Of a stretch of DNA of 64,000 bases, positions 22,987-36,878 are shown in pieces. Position numbers and translations under genes: made by a program. The notes beneath the pieces were generated by a model. That model searched no databases, had not been told where the DNA came from, and was given only the letters and a program-made list of their open reading frames with translations. Position 1 is the stretch's first letter. The number at the start of each line of letters is the position of its first letter. Source of the DNA: Eledone cirrhosa (taxonomy: Eukaryota); the NCBI GenBank assembly GCA_964016885.1, contig OZ024740.1:328662001-328726000 (forward strand), read 5' to 3'.

Positions 22987-25900
22987 GAATGCTATGGTTG
23001 ACGGAGGCTCGGCTCTGTAAGGTACTGTAAATTTTGAACGCTATAACAATTGTAAATTGTTTAAAACTTAGACCAACTTGTAGACAAAAACACCCTCCTC
23101 CTCGTGAGAGGGGTCTTTCTGCCCGTTATTTGGCCCTTCGGGGTTAAATAACTGCTTATTGGGGTTTTGTACCCAATATTTATTTTTAACAAAAAAAAAC
23201 ATGGCTACGAAAAAGAATTTGCATAGGTCACTCCCACTCATTCTGTCTTCTTTTTCCTCAATCGTCACTACAGCAGAGAGAAAATTGTCTCTCTCCCTCC
23301 CTTCTTTAAATGTGTCTCTCTCCCTCCCTTCTCTTTCGCAAGCGACGAAAGAAAAGTCTCGTGCAAAGCGTGCAAGGTTTCTCCACGACGACGACGACAG
23401 CGACGAAACAGGTGTGCGGGAAATACGAAAACCCAGTTCATTCGTCTGACGTCAAGAATAATAGCAGTAGCAGCCGTAATAACAACAGCAACAGTGACAA
23501 TGAAAACAACAGTAGCAGCCGCAACAGCATCACCAGCAGCATAAACAACAACAGCATTAGCAGCAGCAACCCAACAACAACCACAGCAACAGCGGCGGAG
23601 GCAGTAGTCGTAGTACCTGCAGCAACAACAAAAGTAACAGCAGCCCTGACGACAACAACAACAACAGCAGCAAAGAAAAACCAATCTCATTTGCAGGTAT
23701 TGCGAAAAACTTGGAAACAATCCTCATAACAAATGAGGAATTAGAGGAAGCGAAGAAGATGGTGACAAAGACTGGACACCGAGCAATCTGCAAGGCAGCG
23801 GAAAATTTTTTCGAAACCCAACAGCACTATACGGTCACGTACCGTAAAGTAAGTACAAAATCCCGTAGGGTGGAAAGAGCCACAGAGGCTCAAATACAAA
23901 AAGCCTTGGGGTCTGTGTGGCAGCGGAAAACGCACATCACCCGAGGAAAAAAATATGCCACCGTAGACGTTCTTTTTGCCACACCCCAGGAGGCAAAGGC
24001 CCAATCCGTAGTGACCCTAAGGAGCGAGGAAATGGTGTTGGTGCCCTCCTACTGCGGGAAAAAAATTGTGAAGGTCAAACTGACCCACGTCCACCCCGGG
24101 ATGGCCCCTTCTTGGCTGGCCGCGTCTGTCCTCGTCGGAATCGAGGACAAAACAACTGTACTGCAAGTACAGAAAAAAGTAAGAGAAGATTGGGTCGGCA
24201 CCTCCATTGAGATGCTAATCCAAACCAACCAGGAGTGCATCGAAGCTATCCCGGATGTGATAGACTTCGATAACGGCACTCAACTGCCCATAAGTGTTGA
24301 AGGAAAACGCCCGAAATGCTTTCGCTGTGGATCGAAGACTCACCTCAGGGCCTTCTGCAACGAGAAGACCCTGAGAAAGGAGAAATTCCCGCTCCTTCCG
24401 AAACCGGCTCCACGGCTACCAGCAACAGGACAAGCGGCAACCAGGAACGATAGGTCCGTGGCACCCACACCCACGCCACGGAAATCAAAAACAGCAGCAG
24501 CAGTGGAAATATTAACAACAACAACAGCAATACCAAATGCAGCTGCAACAGAGACTCCAGTGCAAACATCACCAACAACAACAAGTGAAAGAGTGGAGCT
24601 GGTACCCCTCCCCGACCTCACAGAATCAGACATGGAGTGTGAGGTGGGAGAGAGATGGCAAAAGGTCGTAAGAAGGCATAAACGCAGAAGCAGCGCATCG
24701 TCGCCTTTGAAAAGGGAGGAAAGAAATGAGAAAAGGGTAAAGTCTACTGCAAAGAGACCCACAGCAGCAACACCACCAACACCATCACCACCCACACTAG
24801 CACCACCATCACCACCGGCGACAACCCCACCGCCAACAACACCTTCAACACCACCACCACAAGCACCAACATAGCAAACACAACAACAAAACACACACAC
24901 CCAGCAACAACGACAAGAAAATAGCAGAACCACACCCCACCCCCAGAAAAACGAATGCACGGCAATAAATACACACAACAAGAAACTAATGACTTACATA
25001 ATTGAACACACAGACATTTCACAACACGACTACATAATACCAGCACCAATCAAAACGCCAACTAACATAAGACTGCTAAAAATAGCACAGAAACAATACA
25101 CAAACATTAAAACGAAATTCCCCAACGCAGTTGGTGATTTCAGGGACCTAGGAGGAACTATCAATCGAAGAGTATATTCAGACATTCTCTTAGAAGAGCC
25201 GACGACCAGCCGAAGGGACGATTCAACGGTCCCTTCACCAGACGATCAAGTGAAAAGGGATGTAAAAACCATCCCTCCTCTACCAAAAGTACGGTAAGTG
25301 GTCTTTCCCATCTTTTCCACTCTATTTTAAACATGACCTCACTCAGAATAGGCAGCATAAATGCGCGTGGCTTGGGGTCGTCATGGAAGCAGGGTCACCT
25401 GCTCAACGACCTCAGGTCACTAAACATAGATGTAGTGGCCATCAGCGAGACCAGAATCTCCGAAGCACGGGCCTTCGCACCGATCTTCGGCGGCTACGAT
25501 GTGTACGCATCTCCCAGCCGTCCTGGATCGGGGGAGGAGTTGCTGTGCTTTTTCGGAGAGGTTTGGATCTCGCCATACGGGCCTTATTCCTGGACCTAGA
25601 GGGTAAGCTGGTGGTGCTGGACGTGACCAGCGGAGACGGGCAAGCTTTCAGGCTAGTGGCCGTCTATGCCCCGACAGGAGCAGGGCGGCCTGATTTCTTC
25701 CGGCGTCTGGAGACCTTTCTTGGAACGTCCCGCTCTTTAGTGTTAGTGGGCGACTGGAACGGGATCTTAGATGCACGCTGGGACTGTGTGGGATTAGCGG
25801 ATAGGGGTGGAGGGTGCAAGAGCCTCACCAACCTGCTCAGGCGTTTTGAACTGTCTGACAGGTACCGATTGGATTTCCCGAATGCGCCAATGTGGACTTG

Positions 25901-28900
25901 GACAAATCGCATAGGGTCATCCAGATCATATCTAGAAAGAGTATTTTGTAGGGAAATAGATAGGTCTAGCATAGGCTGTCCACAATTCAAGATAGTCAGC
26001 TACACGGACCACAAATTCGTGATCAGTGTGCTTGACTTAGATAGGCTTCATAGACCAGGACCCGGCTACTGGAAGCTAAACGCGTCCTTACCAGCGCGCA
26101 AGGCCTACAGAGACCGGATTAGCGAACTAGTTAAGCGGGCGTTGACGGGGGCCATCGTCAACAAGAAGTGGTGGTTTGCTCTGAAAAGAGCGATTAGAAT
26201 AGAATCCATTAGGTTTAGTAAGGCTTTAGCAATAGAGAAAAATAGAGCAGAGGGAGAACTAGTTAGAAAATTAGACGAGGCGCTTAGCAAAGGCATTGCG
26301 ACCGACGTGCTTGAGGCGAAATTGGCCCTTGACCAATTCTTCAATGCAAAGCACGAAGGCTGCGTTGTCAGAGCAAGGGTGCGTGCTCTCAGACACGAGG
26401 GGACGAAAGCCGTTCAATGGGCCCGAGTGGCGGAGGCGCGTCGTGGCAACAAAGCCACGACCCGGTCTTTGGTGGACCACGACGGGCGCATGCTACTCGA
26501 TCCCGGGCAAATGTGTGAAGCTTTTCAGCGACACTTCGCTCAGCTGTTCGGGGGCAGCGGTGGGCCGGGTCGAGGGATGGACTTTAGTGTCTACCTCGAC
26601 GGACTGCCGCGGCTCTCGGCCACTGAGGCGAAGTGTTGCGAAAAGCCGATAACAGCTGCTGAAGTAAGGGAGGCAATGACTGGCTGCACAAGGGGTAAAT
26701 CGCCTGGTTTGGATGGTCTGCCCTATGAACTTTACGTACAGATGCCAGACTTGTTCGGAGGCCTCTTGGCGGACGTCTACTGCAACTGGCAACAGAACGG
26801 GAGAATTCCCAGTTCTGTGAGCCGTGGAGCGGTGGCACTGCTGAGAAAGGATCCGAACAAGGGGGATACCATAGATAATTTCCGGCCCATAACTCTGCTA
26901 AACACAGAGTTCAAGATTTTGGCCAAGGTGCTAGCAAAGAGGTTGGCGCTTGTCGTTGGTGGTCTGGTGGGAGAGGCGCAGACATGCGCCATTCCCGACA
27001 GATCCATCCACGACAACCTCCACCTCATGCGATACATCGTAGAGAGGGTAGCTAAGGAACCTGGCACGGGTGGGTCCTTGATCAATTTAGATCAGTCGAA
27101 AGCTTTCGATAGGGTCAACCATCGTTACCTAGCGGCAGTCCTGAGGGCGGCTGGCTTTGGGCCCGTCTTCAGAGGCTGGATCGCTGCCATGCACAGCGAC
27201 ATCTGCTCTGTGGTGAGAGTGAACGGTCACCTTTCGGAACCGTTCAACATCATGCGCTCGGTCCGCCAAGGATGTCCCCTCTCGTCCCTCTTGTACGTAT
27301 TGACTCTCGAGCCATTACTGCACAAACTGGAGACGTTGTGGGGCGTCCCGCGCGAACTAGGATGCGGAAGATCCGTGTCAGCATATGCGGACGATGTCAC
27401 CGTAGTGGTGTCGAACGCCAAACACATCGAGGCGATCGGCACTACACTAAGAGAATACGAAGCGGTGACAGGAGCAATGATCAACCAGGAAAAGTCAGTG
27501 GGCCTGCAGCTCGGCACCTGGAGAGGCAGCGGACGCTGGACAGACGGACCGGTTAAATTGCTAGGGGTCTGGTTCGGTCCGGACCTCCAGACAGACAAAA
27601 ACAGGGACGAGGTGACGAGCAGGGTGGCTTCTCTCACCCAGAAATGGGCGGAGAGGAAGCTATCCCTGAAAGGTCGAGCGGAGGTGGCTAACGCGTACAT
27701 CGCGTCTGTCATCTGCTACCGCCTGACCGTCGTACCTTGTCCTAAGCCTCGCCTGACTGCGCTGGAGCGTTTACTCTTTCGCTTTTTGTGGAAGGGACGC
27801 GCTCCGATGGTCAGGCGGTCCATCTGTTGTCAACACCCGCTACGTGGAGGGCTGGGCATGCCGTGGCTGATGATGCGCAGGCACGCGCTCAGGCTACGAC
27901 ATCGCCACCTCTTCCTCGACGGTGATCAGGTGTGGTCGCCGTTAGCTAGACACGTATTTCCCCAGCTCGTTTCCTTGACGGAGCTGCAGTCCTGGGTCAA
28001 GTGAAGACCGAGAGGGAGCGCCTGGAGATTGGAATGTCTTCAGGCGCTCACAGCCCTCGACCAATCGGGCAATGTGATCGGTGGAAACTCCACCTCGGCG
28101 TTCTATAGAGGATTAGTGGAGGGGAAGAGCGACGACGTACTTGGGGAAACTCTAGGCTTCGACGAAAATCAACTAGCCAATCTCTTCGGAAGAAATTTCG
28201 GGCCAGGGCCTATGGACAACTTCCAGAAATCTCTGGCCTGGCAGTGCTACCGAGGAGCCTTGCCAGTTCGGGATAAACTCTACAGACATGGAGGTGCCGT
28301 CAGCCGGGCATGTCCGAGATGCGCGCAGGGTGACGAAACCGTCCTGCACGCACTCGTCCAGTGTCCGAAAATTGCTGACTTGTGGGTTTATGTCGAACAC
28401 CTGCTGTCGCGTGTAGGACGGATCCGGCTATCATCTGAGTCCATCGTGAGGATTGCCCCGCCCTCCTCCTTTAGCCGGGAAGGGCAGGCAGTTTTTATCT
28501 GTCTGGTGGCCATGGCGAAAGAGATAGTATGGTGGACACGTTTGAAAGGGCTGAAGACGAGCACTTACCTCTTCGGTGATGCCCTGATTGACTTTTTCAA
28601 ATTTCATTTGAAAAGGAAAATCAGAGTAGAGAGGGAAGTGCTCTCTTCCCAGCATTTTGTTGAAAGATGGGTGAGAGAAGCAAGAATGGCCCGAGTGAAT
28701 GGGCCTACTCTGAGTATATATCTGTAAATTAAAGGTGGAAAACTGGGAGAGGGCACTTGCCTTGGTAGTCAGGGTCACTGTGGCCTTTTACTGGGCTTTC
28801 TCCACAAATGTCCCTCCGAAGTCTCCCCCCTATTGGGGAATTTTTCATTGTTAATTTTTTGTTACATCCTCTGTTTTTGTTTTTTACACGCAGAAATGCC

Positions 28901-28976
28901 CATTTGTACCGTACTGTATTGTCCTGCACTGTCCTTAATGTCTACCCTATGTAAAACCTTGTGGTTAATAAAGAAA

Positions 28977-28978
<2 letters not shown>
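22987..28978 (+). mobile_element. Full-length Tx1/L1-clade LINE, copy B (disrupted)
   Basis: Near-identical to copy A. It has ORF1 indels and a stop at 24872-24874, an ORF2 frameshift at ~25531, a 24-bp deletion at ~27527 and CGA>TGA at 28002-28004. Followed by (ATT)n 28979-29020. Confidence 0.95.
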
Positions 28979-29020
<42 letters not shown>

Positions 29021-29021
<1 letters not shown>

Positions 29022-30539
29022 GAACCTGGAGAGGCAAGCCCATGCCGTCCAACAGCGTCGTGGGGCGCTGGACGGACGGACCAGTAAAGTTGCTCGGGGT
29101 TTGGTTCGGACCAGACCTCCAGGTGGAAAAGAATTGGGACGAGGTAACGAGCAGAGTAGCCAGTCTCACCCAAAAATGGGCTGGGAGGAAGCTGTCACTG
29201 AAAGGTCGCGCGGAGGTGGCGAATGCGTACATCGCGTCTGTCATCTACTACCGCCTAACCGTCGTGCCTTGCCCCCGTCCGCGCCTCGTGAAGTTGGAAC
29301 GGCTCCTCTTCAAATTCTTGTGGAGGGGACAAGTTCCGTTGGTGAGGCGGTCCATCTGCTGCCAGCACCCTCTACGCGGAGGGCTGGGCATGCCGTGGCT
29401 AATCATGCGCAGACATGCGTTGAGGCTGCGACATCTCCAGATATTCTGCCTCAATGGTGAACAGGTGTGGTCGCCGTTTATCAGACGGGCCTTTCCGCAG
29501 CTCATTTCTTTGACTGAGCTGCAGTCCTGGGTCAAGAAGAGACCAAGACTGGGTGACTGGTACCTGGAATGTTGCCAGGCACTCACTGCCCTCTACCAAG
29601 CGGGCAATGCGATCAGTGGAACTTCCACTCTCGAGTTCTATAGAGGATTAGTGGTGGGCAAGTGCGATGACGCACTCGGAGAAGCTTTGGGCCTCGACGA
29701 TGTCGAACTGACCAGTCTGTACCGGAGGACTTTTGAGCCGGGACGATGGACAATTTCCAGAAATCCCTCGCTTGGCAGTGCTACCGGGGAGCACTGCCGT
29801 TTCGTGATAAACTCTACAGGCACGGAAGTGCTGTCAGACGGACCTGCCCAAGATGCGTACAGAACACGAAACCGTTCTGCACGCACTTGTCCAATGTCCG
29901 TGCATTACTGACTTGTGGAGTTATGTCGAACAGCTACTGTCGCGTGTGGAACGAATCCGGCTATCGGCCGAGTCCATAGTGAAGATCGAGCCGCCACCTT
30001 CCTTAGGTCAGGAAGAGCAGGACATTTTCCTCTGTCTGGTGGCAATTGCGAAAGAGATTATATGGTGGACCAGGTTGAAAGGACTAAAGACAGACACTTT
30101 TCTCTTCGGCCAATCCCTCATCAACTTCTTCAAGTTTCACCTGGAAAGGAGGGTGAGGGTGGAGAGAGAAGTGCTGCCCCCCAGTACATTTGCTAAAAGG
30201 TGGGTGAATGTGGCGAGAATGGCTCGTGTGAATGGGTCTACTCTGACCATGCGCCTATAGGCTGGCTAACTTGAGGAGAGGGGTGCTCTCCTGGGTGCCC
30301 TAGAAGCGCAGGATGGTTCAGGATTGGTGGGGTACCCGAATCACCCCAGGGTCGTCCACCCCCTTACAGGGGAATTTATTTTGTTATATTTATGCATAGT
30401 TTATTTTATATTTTTATATTTTCATTGTTAAATTAGTCTTGCCATTGTGCACTTTTACTCGACCTTATTGTAAACCCCCACTGTCCCTGTCTTTGTATTG
30501 TCCCCTACATGTCGGCCCTTGTGGCTAATAAATGAAATC
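29021..30539 (+). mobile_element. Tx1/L1-clade LINE 3' fragment, distinct subfamily
   Basis: ORF2 C-terminal part (TWRGKPMPSNSVVGRW...) with a different 3' UTR ending GTGGCTAATAAATGAAATC, then (ATT)n and (TA)n. Confidence 0.9.
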
Positions 30540-30562
30540 ATTATTATTATTATTGTTATAAT

Positions 30563-30637
<75 letters not shown>

Positions 30638-30888
30638 CGCACACAGTTGTTTTAAAGGCGAATATCTATTGTTGCTTTATTTCATGACGCCAAAATGGAT
30701 AGGTTCTGAATCTTTTCCGTAGGGTTTTGATGAACCCGTAGTCATGTCTATATACAGCTTTTGTGATAGAGGGAAAAAGAAATCAAATGTTTGTTTCTTT
30801 CAGAATAACAAATACACAAGTGAAATTTATGCCTCGCTTGAGGACAGTACATAGGTAATTTATCTTGTAAATATCATTATATTTGTAA

Positions 30889-31290
30889 GGGCGGTGGATT
30901 GGCAGTATCGGTAGAGGATCGGACGCCATGCTTTGACGCTTTGAGTTACGGCCCTTGCCATTCTGAGTTCAAATCCCGCAAAGATTATCTTTGCCTTTCA
31001 TCCATTCGGGGTCAATAAAATAAAGTACCAGTAATACACTGGTTAATAGCTGGCCTTGTGCCAAAAGTAGAAACAATTATATTTGAATTATATTTGTACG
31101 GTGGATTGGCAGTATCGGTAGAGGGTCGGACGCCATGCTTTGCAGCAAAGAGTTATGGCCCTTTATGGTCTGACATCAAATCCCGTCAAGGTTAACTTTG
31201 CCTTTCATCCTTACGGTGTCGATAAAATAAAGTACCAGTAATACACTGGGATAATTGATGGCCTTGTGCCAAAAGTAGAAACAATTATAT
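30889..31290 (+). mobile_element. Two tandem tRNA-derived SINEs with Nin-like domain
   Basis: A-box-like TGGCAGTATCGG, B-box GAGTTCAAATCC, then GCCTTTCATCC..GGGGTCGATAAAATAAAGTACCAG and tail GGCCTTGTGCCAAAAGTAGAAACAATT. Copies at ~30889-31080 and ~31099-31290. Confidence 0.85.
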
Positions 31291-31471
31291 TTCACAATAG
31301 CAGGAAAGATTAGTGTGTTGTGAAAGATATGAAATGTCGCAGAATAAATAAGTTACTTATGCGATAAAAATGATATATTATAGAACTTCATAAATATAAT
31401 CTAATTTTGGAGAACGATAGAAATACTACGATGAAAAATAGAAATAAAAATATATATTAAGAAAATAACAT

Positions 31472-31573
31472 AGGGGTCACCCAGGCTTGATCCGGGGGTG
31501 GGGTGGGGTGCGATGGGGGGGGGGGGGACCTCTCAATCAGCAGTCGAAAGCTCTATCACTGAGCTATATCCCC
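31472..31573 (-). pseudogene. tRNA-Cys-like pseudogene (anticodon reads GCT, C-rich insertion)
   Basis: Minus strand GGGGATATAGCTCAGTGATAGAGCTTTCGACTGCTGATTGAGAGGTCCCC[~30-nt C-rich insert]CGGATCAAGCCTGGGTGACCCCT closely follows eukaryotic tRNA-Cys(GCA). Confidence 0.75.
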
Positions 31574-31671
31574 TGCACGAAATAACTGTGTGAATTAAAG
31601 CATCATATACAAGTTACTTTCTGAGTTATTTCCCTTCAATCGTTTCTCAGCATTTTCACGAAATCATTATT

Positions 31672-31850
31672 GTGGATTGGCAGTATCGGTAGAGAATCGA
31701 ACGCAGCAAAGAGTTACGGCCCTTTATGATCTGAGTTCAAATCCCGCCGAGGTTAACTTTGCCTTTCATCCTTACGGGGTCGATAAAATAAAGTACCAGT
31801 AATACCCTGGAATAATTGCTGGCCTTGTGCCAAAAGTATAAACAATTATT
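31672..31850 (+). mobile_element. Nin-domain tRNA-SINE
   Basis: Same family as 30889-31290. Confidence 0.85.
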
Positions 31851-31888
31851 AGTGTATTAAAAGAAAGAAATACACTATTTGATGGTGC

Positions 31889-32006
31889 TTTCTTCTTCTT
31901 CTTCTTCTTCTTCTTCTTCTTCTTCTTCTTCTTCTTCTTCTTCTTCTTCTTCTTCTTCTAATCAATCAATCAATCAATCAATCTATCTATCTATCTATCT
32001 ATCTAT
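31889..32006. repeat. Compound microsatellite (TTC)n(ATCA)n(ATCT)n
   Basis: Seen directly. Confidence 0.97.
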
Positions 32007-32817
32007 CGACCGAGGAAAATGGGCGACTGGCACATCGAATGTGTTCAGGCGCTCACAGCCCTCTGGCAGGCGGACCCGGCGATCAGTGGAGACTCCACTT
32101 CGTCATTCTATAGAGGGTTGATCCGCAGTAAGTGCGACGACGCGCTTGGTGAAACTCTAGGCGTAGAGGAAGATGAACTGGCCCGTCTGTTCGGTAGGAC
32201 CTTCTGCCCGGGACCGATGGACAACTTCCAAAAGTCCCTGGCCTGGCAGTGCTACCGAAGAGCTCTACCATTTCAAGACATCTCTACAGACATGGACGCC
32301 CGGGCACGGACCCTTCGAAAAAGAACTGTCTGATGTGCGTGCGAGAGGAAGAAACCGTCGCGCACGCATTCATACACAGCCCGGGCGTTACCGACCTGTG
32401 GGGCTATGTAGAACGACTATTGCCGCGGGTGGGACCAATCTGGTTGACCACCGAGTCCATTGTCATGATCAAACCGCCACCCTCCTTCAAAAACGAAGGA
32501 GAGGCGGTTTTATGAAAGGTGGGTGAAAGTGGCGAGAATGGCCCGAGTGAATGGGCCTTCTCTCTATATCAGCCTGTAGGGTGAGGAAAAAGAGGAAGAG
32601 AGGAAAGGGGTACAAACTCTTCGTACTCCTGGAGATGAGGGTTGCACATTTTTTCGGGGGTATGTGTTACCCATATGTAATGTCTCTTCCTATTGGGGAA
32701 AATCGACTAATTTTTAAATTGCATTTGTGATAATATTTTACACGTTTTTATTGTATGTAAACTTCCCCCTTTGTATTTATCCCCTTCCTTTGTGCCCGTG
32801 TGGCTAATAAATAAACA

Positions 32818-32819
<2 letters not shown>
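32007..32819 (+). mobile_element. Tx1 3' fragment, (ATCT)n-associated subfamily
   Basis: Homologous to the ORF2 C-terminus (GPMDNFQKSLAWQCYR) with an internal deletion at ~32510. Ends GTGGCTAATAAATAAACAT then (ATCT)n 32820-32901. Confidence 0.88.
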
Positions 32820-32900
<81 letters not shown>

Positions 32901-32901
<1 letters not shown>

Positions 32902-33976
32902 CGCCACCCTCCTTCAAAAACGAAGGAGAGGCGGTTTTCCTTTGTGTGATAGCTATGGCGAAAGAGGTTGTATGGTGGACGAGGTTAAAAGGGCTGAGGT
33001 CAGACACCTTTCTCTCCGGCTAACAACTGATTCTTTTTTTCAAATACCACTTTGGAAGAAGAATCAGGATGGAGAGAGAGGTGCTGTACCCCAGCAAGTT
33101 TTATGAAAGGTGGGTGAAAGTCCACATTATCACATTCGGATAATCCTGTCGATACCTGTCAGACAGTTGAAAACGTCTGAGCAGGTTGGTGAGGCTTTTA
33201 CATCCTCCTCCCTTATTTACTAGCCCCACATAATCCAAGCGTGCATCTAAGATACCGTTCCAGTCACCCACTAACACTAAAGAGCAGGATGTTCCCAGAA
33301 AGGTCTCTAGACGTCTGAAGAAATCTGGCCGTCCTGCCCCTGGTGGGGCGTAGACGGCTACTAGCCTGAAAGCATTGCCTTCGCTGCCAGTCACGTCCAG
33401 TACCACCGACTTACCTTCTGGGTCCAAGAAGATGGCCCGTATGGCGAGATCCAAGCCTTTCCGAAAAAGCACAGCAACTCCGCCCCCCGCTCCCGGACGG
33501 CTGGGAGATGCGTATACATCTTAGCCGCCAAAAATCGGTGCGAAGTCTCGTGCTTCGAAAATTCTGGTCTATAATAATAATGCTTTCTTTATTAACCACA
33601 AGGGTTGACACAAAGTATAACATTAAGGACAACACAGGACAATACAAGACGGTACAAATGGGCATTTCTGCGTGTAAAAAAACAACAGAGGATGTAACAA
33701 AAAAAGAAACAATGAACAATTCTATATCAGCCTGTAAGTTGAGGAAAAAGAGGAAGAGAGGAAAGGGGTACTCACTCTTCGTACTCCTGGAGATGAGGGT
33801 TGCACATTTTTTTTCGGGAGTATGATTACCCATATGTAATGTCTCCCCTATTGGGGAAAATCATTTAATTTTTAAATTGCATTTGTGATAGTATTTTACA
33901 CGTTTTTATTGTATGTAAACTTCCCCCTTTCTATTTGTACCCTTCTTTTGTGCCCCTGTGGCTAATAAAGAAACAT
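32901..33976 (+). mobile_element. Second (ATCT)n-type Tx1 3' fragment, interrupted by inverted 600-bp insert (33121-33722)
   Basis: 32901-33120 is the ORF2 end and 33721-33976 is the 3' UTR matching 32563-32819, followed by (ATCT)n. The insert is the reverse complement of ~6582-7187. Confidence 0.85.
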
Positions 33977-34229
33977 ATCTATCTATCTATCCATCTATAA
34001 GAAGCAGCGTCCAGTAAAAAGTAACATTTATTTATTACAATTATATAGATGACAGAACAGCTCTAATCACAAGATATATAAATATCGCTACTATTTCTAG
34101 TAGTTCCGTGATATTTCCAGTTGCTAAATTGTTTACGTTTAGAGGGCGTAATAAGCATTTACTGCTGTTATTTTGTAATTGAGGGAGTGTGCATATCATT
34201 CTTCTTGATACATTTTTATTGATATATAT

Positions 34230-34345
<116 letters not shown>

Positions 34346-34472
34346 TTATTAAAATAACAGATTAAAGTTTAAGCAAAGAATCGCTGCTTTCACCCTTAAC
34401 GGGATCTTCTGATATATATTTATCCCTATCGAGCCCTCTTTGGATTTTAGTCTTCAAATTTATTATTATTAC

Positions 34473-34946
<474 letters not shown>

Positions 34947-35022
34947 ATATATATATATATATATATGGTTTCCTATTTGACATATTAGACTTCACCTTCT
35001 CTATTTGTCAATACGTTACTGC

Positions 35023-35096
<74 letters not shown>

Positions 35097-35136
35097 GCAG
35101 TAATATATATATATATATATAATAATAATATATATA

Positions 35137-35487
35137 TCAATGATATTAATAAATGGAAACTATATTTATAAAACCATATTTATTCTATTATATATATTTC
35201 AAGGGTATCCATTAATAATACTTATATTTATACACTTATTAATCTATATAGATATTTATATACTTACAACCTGTTGCAATATAATAAGATAAAATATACT
35301 TACAACCATAATTCTTCATATAATCTAATTGATTATATATATAATATTATAACTCATAATTTCGCTAAATATTTTTTAATTTATCGAATCATATTCCACC
35401 ATTCCTACAAACTGTTAATTCTTAATATTTCAATCTTTTTAAATTCACGTAAATACAAGCTTTTCTTTCTTTCTCTTTCTTCTTCCT

Positions 35488-35557
<70 letters not shown>

Positions 35558-35925
35558 TAATAATTATTTAAATCTACCAAGCTTCTAAAAATAACGGTTT
35601 TTTTTCAGCCCTATACCTCAACCTCATTTGCATGTTCATCTTAATAATTTCCTTTTTACTATCCAGGTAAAACTTGAACTGTTAAGATCTCGTTCCTGGA
35701 TATGTCAATATTTATAAAACAAACTTTGTATTTTATCTGATAAGAGCGTACCAAAGTTTTGGTACCCTTGAAATATATATAATAGAATAAATATGGTTTT
35801 ATAAATATAGTTTCCATTTATTAATATCATTAATATTATACTCCAGAAAACTTGTCGAGTGCTTCGAATCAGTTATAAATATATATATTTCTTGAATTAC
35901 CAACAAATTAAATATCCCTTTGCTT
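35137..35925 (+). mobile_element. Foldback hammerhead element, family F1 copy 2
   Basis: Arms ~35137-35207 / 35763-35831. Hammerhead at 35731-35787 (CTGATAA core). Same 3' tail as copy 1, ending in (TA)n. Confidence 0.78.
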
Positions 35926-35939
35926 ATATATATAGAAAT

Positions 35940-35992
<53 letters not shown>

Positions 35993-36114
35993 TAATATAT
36001 ATATATATCATTAAGGGTAAATAGTGATTCACTATTTAGCCTTAATAAAATGAATATTAAAACTCCACTTCGGTATTGATTGAGTAGTCTTTTCTCTTAG
36101 CTGTCAACCACATA

Positions 36115-36183
<69 letters not shown>

Positions 36184-36363
36184 GTGAAAGCGCCGATTCT
36201 TTGTTTAAACTTTAATCTGTTATTTTAATATATATATATATAGACACCCGTTTACGCGTGTTGTGTTGAAGCAAATAACTGTGTATACTCTGGAATGTAT
36301 TCTACATTATCTATTGAGCACGCATTGTTAAATACGCCGGGTCCGTCAACTTCTTCTTATATA

Positions 36364-36486
<123 letters not shown>

Positions 36487-36782
36487 CAAGGAGACAACAA
36501 ACAGAGGTATAAAGTGTCTTATTAGTTTCACGCTTTATATTGGAAAGAGGAAAGAAAGTCGATGTGCCGGGCTTAAACCCTTCTTCAGGGGTACAAATAG
36601 AGACAGGATCCCAATGGAGAAATAGAAAGAATGACCAGTAACGACACAAAGACAAAAAAAAACAAAATGAAAAGGGAAAACAAAAAACCCAGTAGGTAGT
36701 CTTGGTAACGAGTATGAACGCAAAGTGGAATGTGCGTGTGTGTGTGTGTGTGTGTGCATTAGTATCGTTATATGTGTGAGTG

Positions 36783-36878
36783 TTGACTTTGCCTTTCATC
36801 CTTACGGGGTCGATAAAATAAAGTACCAGTAATGCACTGGTTATTTGCTGGCCTTGTGCCTAAAGTAGAAACAGTTAT
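36783..36878 (+). mobile_element. 5'-truncated Nin-domain SINE
   Basis: GCCTTTCATCCTTACGGGGTCGATAAAATAAAGTACCAG..GGCCTTGTGCCTAAAGTAGAAAC. Confidence 0.8.

Noticed and set aside
36555-36592. CTGAAGA-AGGG..CCC hammerhead candidate (minus strand)
   Set aside because: The GAAA box is absent (reads GGCAC). At best a decayed remnant.
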